This document shows, piece by piece, positions 51,501 through 60,500 of a stretch of 64,000 nucleotides of DNA (positions are counted from its first letter, which is position 1; every line of letters begins with the position of its first letter). Source of the stretch: Chiloscyllium plagiosum. Its lineage: Eukaryota. A model generated the notes under the pieces. The model saw only the letters and a list, made by a program, of their open reading frames with translations. It searched no databases and was not told where the DNA came from. The translations under genes were made by a program, and so were the position numbers. Location of the stretch: NCBI RefSeq assembly GCF_004010195.1, contig NC_057718.1, forward strand, positions 6,073,988 through 6,137,987, in the 5' to 3' direction.

Positions 51501-54500
51501 GAAGGTGGCTGGATCAAGGACACAACACTGAGCAACTCCTGCAGAGATGTCGTGGAGCTGAGATGACTGACTTCCAACAACCACAGCCATCTTCCTTTAT
51601 GCTTGGTATAGCTCTAACCAGTGGACAGTTTTCCCCCTACTCCCTTTGAGTCCAGTTTTGCTCGGGTTCTTTGCTGCCGTAAACTGTCAAATGCAACAGT
51701 CAAGGGCTGTCACTCTCACCTCCCCTCTGGAATTCAGCTCTCTTGTCCATGTTTGAACCAACACTGTAATGAGGTCAGGAGCTGAGTGGCCCTGGCAGAA
51801 CCCAAACTGAGAGGTTATTGCAAAGCCAAAAGCATTGTTGCCGACACCTTCCATCACTTTACTGGTGATTGAGAGTAGATTAATGGGGCAGTAATTGTCT
51901 GGGTTAGATTTGTCCTGCTTTTTGTGTACAGGACATACCTAAGTAATTTTAGACATTGTCAGGTAGGTTCTTGATTTCATGTGCAATTGGCTGAAGGCAG
52001 CATGCATAATGTTTGGGACCCATGGAGGAGGCTGGTCTGGATTATTCACTGGGCACATCTGGCTGAAGGGTGTTTGAATGTTTCATCCTTATCTTTCTCC
52101 TATGTTTTCACCAATCTTTGGGTTAAGATGTTTCTTTTGAATTTTTCATTATATTTATCAGTGACTGTCTTCAATTTAGGATCCTAGTTTTATAGTGTAG
52201 CCATTTTACCCCCAACACTCCATCTCCTGCAATGAGTGGAAACATTGTCTCTTAGTCTACTGTTATCGGGTCACCTCCTAACTGCCTTAATATAACAGAG
52301 GTCTGTTACAAAAACATCAGATGGCGGTGAAGACCAATAGATTTTTTCCTTGGTACTGAATGCTGGGTCACATACTGGATGTGAAGGCAGGGAAAAAAAT
52401 TGGATTTGTCTACACCAAGTTGTTTATTTCAAAGGATTGCTACCGTCAACTGTATAAAATTTGACAAATCTTATAATTTTTTGGAGACGAAGAGAGTTTA
52501 AAGAATTTCATCATCATTTTCAATATTTGCCCAAAGTAATTGCATAGAAAAGTCCCCTGGTACACTAATCTCAACAAATGCTTTCTTTCTTTATTAAAAG
52601 CCAACAAAATACTACTATCCCCTTAACGAGCCTGAAGATCCTAGGATGGAAATTCTGCATGTACTTCCTATGGAAACTAATCACAAATCCTGTCGGGAGG
52701 TGAACCTTAGGGCTCCCAGTTTTCCAGTCTGTAACACAAATGTCCAGACATAACATGTGGGTGACTCACCCCAGCCAAGGGCAGAATATGTGAGCTAATG
52801 CACTGACAAATATCACTCAGATCTCATGAGAGCCCAGTGGTTGACCTATATGGAGGGAGTTCGTCAAGATTGGAAAGCTTATGTTATTTGCAAAGGGAAA
52901 CAAAGGGAACTTGTCCTTGTGGTAACGTGCAGCTGATTAACTTTATTTTGAGTGTGACACAAGATCAATGGCACAAATCTCATAGGGATGTGGGAAATGA
53001 AAGACCCAGGAGGGGCATACATTCGAAGAGTGTGAAAGATGATAGGAGAATCGAGGACGGCTATTAAAAAGAAATGGGATCCTAGCATTAGTATGCCTAG
53101 GATCCTAGGCATAAGATACAAAGGCAATAAATTACTCTCAGCTTTCATAAGTCACTGGTCCATCCATCATGTTTATGACAGCTCTATGGCAAATGATTGT
53201 TCAATCCATTTGACTGTATTGCCATGAAAAATTACCACAGCCATGAAAAATTGTCTTCTTCATATTTATACAATTGCTTTCTGATTCTATAAAATTTATC
53301 TTGAAGCTTCTTTCACCAGGAGGGGGAGGTTAGTGGGGCAAGCTCTGAACTTGTGATAACCCTTACAAGGCCCATAGGGAACCACTAAATAATCTTCCTG
53401 GAAAGCTCACTGAGTATGAGTTTCCTTGGTAACAGGCAATGGCCTCCCTAGTTGTACTCATCACCTGAACCCTTTGTAAAGCAGACCTCGAGGGCTCTCT
53501 TGCAGTACCTGTCTTGCATCAGCAGACCCGGGTTCATGTCCCACCTACTCCAGATGTGTACAGTAATATCTCTGAACAGGTTGATTAGAAAAATAGGTCA
53601 AATAACAAAAAAACGTAAAACAGACCCCAGATGAAAACACTGGCGATTTAGTAGTGCTGGTTAATAGAAGAAACAGGTGATTTGGTGATGGGAGAAAAGC
53701 CATTTAGTTGTGTGTAAAAACACTTCTGGATATAAATAAAAATAAGGAGCCAGGGCTGGGACTAGCCATGATCTATGCCATGAGTAGTGGCTCTATTTTG
53801 GTGTTCAGCAATAAACAATGTTCCTTTCCATTTGGGTTTTCTGAGTGTTTAGAGGATTAATAGAAAATGAAAGTATTTCAGTAATTTAATTTCCATCCAT
53901 GGAGACAGTGGGTGTGGTTAGTATTATTATTATTCCATTCATTATTATTAATCCATAGATTTTGGGATGACACAACATCAGGCGAATTCACAGAAGAATG
54001 AGCGGAATCTCATAGAAACCCAAAAACTTCTAAGAGAGCGAGACATGGAAGATGCAGCAAGGACGTTCCCATGACTGGGGAGTCCAAAATGCAGAGGTCA
54101 CCATCTATAGATGCAGGGTAAATCTTTCAAGGACTGAGATGAGGAGAAATGTCTTCACCCAGAGTGGTGAGCCTGTGGCATTCTTTCCCAGAGAAAGCAA
54201 TTGAGCCCAAAACATTGCATTATTTCAAGAAGGAGTTGCATATGGCATTTGGGGCCAAATGGATCAATGGATATTGGGAAAAGGAGGGCCAACTAGTGAG
54301 GTTGCATGGTCAGGCACAATCCTAATGAATGGCAGGGCAGCCTGTGAGGGTGGAATGCTCTTCCTGCTTATATTTTCTGTGTTTTTATGTATGTAGGATG
54401 TTTAGAGAGGAGCAGATAACTTTGGACCTGTTTCCCAAAGTTCTCCAACATTTCTGTTTTTCTCTCCAGTTAAATCAGTCTTTCATGGGGTGTGGGCATC

Positions 54501-57500
54501 ACTGGCAAGACCATTTGTTGCCCATCCTCAGTGCCCAGTTTGCCAGTCCACTGCAGAGGGCTGTTACAAGTCAACCACATTGTAGTGGATCTGGAATCAT
54601 ATGTAAAAACAGCTTCCCTAAACAACAGCAAAGTACCAGATGGGCTTGTACAACAATTGAAGGCAGCCCCAAGGTCACCATTACTGATTTCACACATTCC
54701 AGATTGAATTGGTGGAATTTAAATTCCATCAGCTGTCATGAGATTCGAACTGGTCTTCCAAGGGCATTTGCCAAAGCACCTGGATTATTTTGTCATGAAT
54801 GGCATGAGGCCATCACTGGCTGGGAAAGCATTTACTGTTCATCTCTAGTTGCCCATGAACTGAGGGGTTTGCTTGGGCAAATTCAGAAGTTAGTTAAGAG
54901 TAAACCAAACCAAAGCCAAAATATTGTTAGAAGGGATAAGTTTGGAGAAGGTATTTAGTGGGGAGTGGGGAAGATTGGAGCTTGAGCTGGTGTTGTTAAG
55001 TATACAGGATGAGGTCACTATGGTAGAGAACAGAAAAATGATGGGGATACTTGCCAAACCTTGTATTGGCAGTTACTGATAATGCCGTTACCATGCAGAC
55101 AATAAATAATTGTGTCTGCTGATTATTTAATGTGTAACATCATGAGCTTTAACACTAGACATGAAACGTGGACATATTCTGCTAAATTAGCCTAGTGGGG
55201 GAGCAAATCAGGCAATAATAACTCCAAATTAGAACTGAAAGTAAAATTGCTTCAAAAAGCTTTTAGTTCAAAGAAGTTCACAAACTCAAAAATGATTATG
55301 TGCGTAACTGAAGACAGCAATCCAGTAATCAAGATTCATGAGGGTTATTGTACACACGTTAGAATATTGTACCTTCTTGCAGGAGTCACTGGATGGTGTT
55401 TAGGAGGACCAGATACAATGAGGATTTGTTCTCGTTGACTCAGTGGGACGTAACACTAAACTTTCTACTTCAAAACAGCTACACGCACAGATAAATGATG
55501 TGGCTTTTCAAAGCACTTTAGTTTCAGGATGAGCCAAAGCACTTCCCAACCAATGAAAGTAAAAAAAAAAAATTGTGTTTACATCACATTTTTCACAACA
55601 ACTGAATATGTCAAAGGGATTTATGGCCAATTGGAAGTATTCACTACTGCAATGCCAGAGGGTGTTGCTCAGCTCAGTTGATTGTATGGGCCAGTTTGTA
55701 ATTTAGAGTGACACTAACAGCAGTGGGTCTATTCCCACACCAGCAAAGGTTACCATGAGGTGACCCTCAGGTTAAACCACCACCAGTTTGTGTCTCTCTA
55801 ATGAAAGAACAGCCTCATCGTCTAATGAGACTGTGGCGCCTTAAATTCTTTAAAAACTCATGAACCTCTGTGGGAAAACATTTCTCCTCTTCTTAAATGG
55901 GTGACCTGTTTGTTTTAAACTGTGACCCCATAACTCTAGATGTTCTCACAAGAGGAAACATCCTCTCCACATCTATCCCTCAGGATCTTATACATTTCAA
56001 TGAAGCCAATCTTCTAAATTCTAATGGATTCAAGCCTAGACTGTCCGGTTTTTCCTCATGAGATAACCAGCACATTCCACATATAAATCTGGTAAACCTC
56101 TGTACTGCTTCCAATGCATTTACATCCTTCCTTTCAATAGGGGACCGTTTACTGTACCTGTTTTTGTGTTTCCACCTTTGTACTGGATGAGTTGAAGAGC
56201 AGCAAGGACCATTCCCTTATCTCTGTAAGTGTCCAATTTAAATTCAGCTTTTGCATCATCACTGAACTGAACCAGAGAAACCTGAACAAACAAAGAAAGC
56301 AAAGTTTGATTGGATTTATTTATTAGCACAGGTATCTTGTTACAAAATAGAGTGGAAAGTGTTGTGTAGTGTTGCCACTCTCTGGCCCCAACTTAAAACA
56401 CAGAAAAATAAACAAAAACATAGAATGCAAAGGGAGAAAAAGGAAGGAAGGAAGGAAGAAGATTTGAATGTCAGGAATGTGGTGAAGAACTTGTACCTGA
56501 AAGCAATACTTTTACACATTTCTGATTATATCCCAGAGCTTTCTACATACAAAGGGTTGTAATGTAATGCAGTGACTGCTAAGACAAGATTATTTGTGAT
56601 GTACATTTAGCCCAACAGACTTGTATTTATATAGGTAGGACACCCGATGGGACCAGAAAGGGCTATGTTTGCAGAAGCTTGATAAGGAAGGAAGGTTTAA
56701 GGAGGCAATTCTTGGGAGCAGAGTGGCTGAAGATGCTATCATCACTGATGCAATGAAGAGATGTGGAGGTTGGGGATTTATGCCAGTGGCCAGAGTGAAA
56801 GAAATTGTTTCTCTGCCTTTCGCTACACTGAAACAATGTGTAAATATAGATTGGTGTGTAGTGGCTTTTAGACAGACAGACAGAAATCTTTAGTTTAATA
56901 TGTCAGCAATTCCAAAAGGTGCACCACTTCCCCAGTACTGATCATGTCATGCACTGGAGGCTTGTGCCCACAGTCGTATATCTCCAAGTTGATGCTGGAG
57001 CCAACCGTGCCAAATTAAAGAGGTTAAAAAAAAGCTGAACCACTTCTACATGTTGAGGATAGCATGAAGCACCATACCCACCTGCATTCCCTGTGGGCTG
57101 ATGTTATCAAGAGCTCCGATAGTGTCGAAACAGAACTGCAATATTTTGTGGAAGTTTTCATCACCAATACTCCAAGAACCATCAATCAGGAACACCAGGT
57201 CGGCCTTTGCACCCAGGCACACTGGCCATGGAAAGGAAAGGATAAAGATCGTCACAAGGTTTTGTTTTCCTTCACATTACGTGTTGATTTCACAAACTGA
57301 AAGATTTCTCTTCAAACGTTGAAAAGATGTACAACAAGTTAAGTGCAATAACAATAGAAATGTAATCCTTCGGTCAATGAACTGTTGAACGAAAGACAAA
57401 TAACAGGTCAATGTTTTATCTGGGGCCAAGACACATTGAACAGTGAAGATGTGACAAATAATGGAGATGAGGGAAACAAGACCATGAGGGAGAAAGAAGG

Positions 57501-60500
57501 GTACATTGATAGAGTTAGATAAAGACATTTAGATGGAGGGTCTTGGAATGAACCAGTTTGGCAAAATGGTCTATTTCCATCTGTCAATGCTAAAACATTC
57601 CCAGTGATTTCAATTATCAGCCTTCCTTTAGTTCTCCCTAATTGTGACCAGTTGTGGTAAAGTGGTAGTCCAGGAGTCCTGGGTACAAGACCCATCTGCT
57701 CCAGAGGTATGCAATGATGTCCCTGAATAAGTTGACTAGAAAATATCTACAATGGCACAATTCTTGGTGAGTTTGTGCAGAATAGGATGAGAATGGATTT
57801 CAGTCATTCAGGGAACGGTGTGAATCACAGGAAACATTGATGGACCTCTTGTGGTGCAGTGGTAGTGAGGTTTGGTTTCACGTACCAGCTCTTCCAGAGG
57901 TATACGTTACCACAGTTGAAAAGTTTGATTCAAAATATTTAATCCTGCCTAGTTTTACAGGTTTCTTTGATTCCAGTGACCTCATTCCTCCCTTGCTGAG
58001 GATGGCTTGTTTCCTCAGACGTTCACCAGTGTCCCCATGATGATGGACAGGGAGATGGGAAGGCTGGCAAAATGAGGTGTTAAAGTACTGGGGGAGGAGT
58101 GGCCATGCTCCATCACTTCCTGCCAATGGCTGGAGAGCTGGCAGTTCTATCACCTACCTGAAGCCAAATCAAGCCATTTAAGTAACTGATTAACATCTCT
58201 TCCAGCCACTGTAGGCAGTAGGAGGGACCACTCACCACACGGGAGATTGTATATGAAAGACCCATCAGTCTCCCAGTGGGTTCCACTAGGGTTAGGTTTT
58301 GGGGGGCTGCAGGACTGCTTCATGATCCATAGAGGGCATTCCTAATGCCACAGCTGATTCCCATGACAAAGTGACCCCTGCCTTTGGCATGTGGTCATCT
58401 TCTCTCTGGGTGCCTGGCCCCATTGTCCCTAGACACTACATGCCTGTCTTTGGGGCATGCATCCATCAATGCTCACCCCTCCTTTTGGTGCTGAGCCAGC
58501 AATGGCTACCCTCTGAGTGTATCAGCGACTCTTGGAAGATGGGTGGCACGGTGGCACAGTGGTTAGCACTGCTGCCTCGCAGCGCCAGAGACCCGGGTTC
58601 AATTCCCGCCTCAGGCGACTGACTGTGTGGAGTTTGCACGTTCTCCCCGTGTCTGCGTGGGTTTCCTCCGGGTGCTCCGGTTTCCTCCCACAGTCCAAAG
58701 ATGTGCAGGTCAGGTGAATTGGCCATGCTAAATTCCCCGTAGTGTTAGGTAAGGGGTAAATGTCGGGGTATGGGTGGGTTACGCTTCGGCGGGTCGGTGT
58801 GGACTTGTTGGGCCGAAGGGCCTGTTTCCACACTGTAAAAAAGTAATCTAGTAATCTATGGACATAGGCCATTGCAATCAACAGGGATTGCAGGGTCATC
58901 AATTGCCACCAGGGGAATGTGCTTCCCCAGATCTCATCTCCAGCTAAAGTGGAGCAAAACCCCATTCTTTAGCCCAGGAGGGGACTTTGCCTCTAACGCA
59001 AAGTTCATTCTTGTTGTGTAATGAGTGACATCTCCTAAGTTTCTTCTAATTGCAAACAATCAATTCCACCAGATATCCACCAGGTATAGAATAAATGCAA
59101 CTTTTTTAACCACAGATGGAATCAATTGCCACAATAACCCACCCCACCCCAACACTATCGCCTCTAATCTAGCATTTCACTGTGCCTCGGTACACATGAT
59201 AATAAATTCAATTCAATTCAATTCAATCTACATGTAGGAAAATTGAAGTGCAAAGTGTAATAACTAGGAATACACTGACAGGTCCATTTCATTACAGGGA
59301 CAAAGGGGATTATAGCATTCTGGTGCTGTGTCACTGAAAGGTGACTGGCCAAAGAATTATAAGCCCTTCAGGACTGTGTTGGATTCTCTGGAATTTAAAG
59401 GTTTTTCCTCAGAGCATTCCTACAAGCCAGAACAAAAACCAGAGGACATTTTAAAAACCATTCACTTTTCTTCTGCTTTCTTGTTCGTTACAAAAATGTT
59501 CATGCAAAATATTTGATTAATTGATGCGGCAGCTGATGCAAGAGGTTCTGTCATGATTTAATATCCAGATCATTGATGTGACATAAATATAAAATCTAGA
59601 AATACATCGAATCAGAGCAGTAATCCTACAGGCCCCTGAAAAATCTCCCTCAGGCGCAGTCAGACGTGTTGCATAATTCCAAAGCTCTCTGCTTTTTGTG
59701 CAGAATTCCAGGTTTCATTCTGACTGAAATCCAAAACCTAAAAGTTTCCAGAGAGGCTTCCAAATTTTGGACCATTTCCTTTCATCGCAATGCTCCGAGT
59801 AAGATCATCAGAAATGGCAACACAGTTAAGGTAAAGAGCTCACCTTCCCGGGCTGGAGGGATGGTCGGTGGAGGAGGAGGAGATGGGGGTTCTGTTGGAA
59901 CCTCTGTCGGGCGAAGCACTGCAAAGGAAATTAAGCATGCAGTTCAGATCTCAATGAAATATTTCTTCAATGATCACAAAATCAAAAACCCCAGTTCCTG
60001 AAAAAAGGCATTCACTTTTTGACCATCGTATTGTAGATCAGGTTCAGCAATTCAGTTTGTGAGCTTAATAGCAATGCTCAAATTCAAACTCAAAACCGTA
60101 GCCCTTTGGCAACATTCTCACCCACTTCCCCGCTCTCCTCACCCTCCGCCATTCCCTCTTCCCCTGCCCAGGCGAGAATGGCTTGAACTGGAGTACATGA
60201 CCACAGTCAAAGGCAATGAAGGGTCCATTTTATTCTCTGAGAGATTGGAAACTGAGTCTTGCGTAAATGATCAAATGGGCGGTCACAGGATAACTATGTA
60301 CTCCTCCACATGTGTTTTCAGTGGGGATTAAACAGTAGCCAGGCTCTATCCCACCCACTCCCATTGGAGTCCATTTCTTTTCATTCATTCACAGGACGGG
60401 TCAATACTTACTATCCATCCCTAATTATCAGTTGGACAGTTAAGTTTCAACCACTTTGCTGTGAGTCTGGAGTCAGACCCAGATTAGGTATGGACACAGC

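Noticed and set aside
52759..52771. AP-1 site in the palindrome gggtgactcaccc
   Set aside because: A 7-bp motif is expected by chance several times in 64 kb; there is no other support.
54329..54958. 209-aa ORF
   Set aside because: It spans a CR1 tail and other repeat fragments, with no recognisable domain or splice structure.
58541..58615. tRNA genes at SINE heads
   Set aside because: The tRNA-like heads continue into the V-domain and LINE-derived tail, so they are SINEs, not tRNAs.
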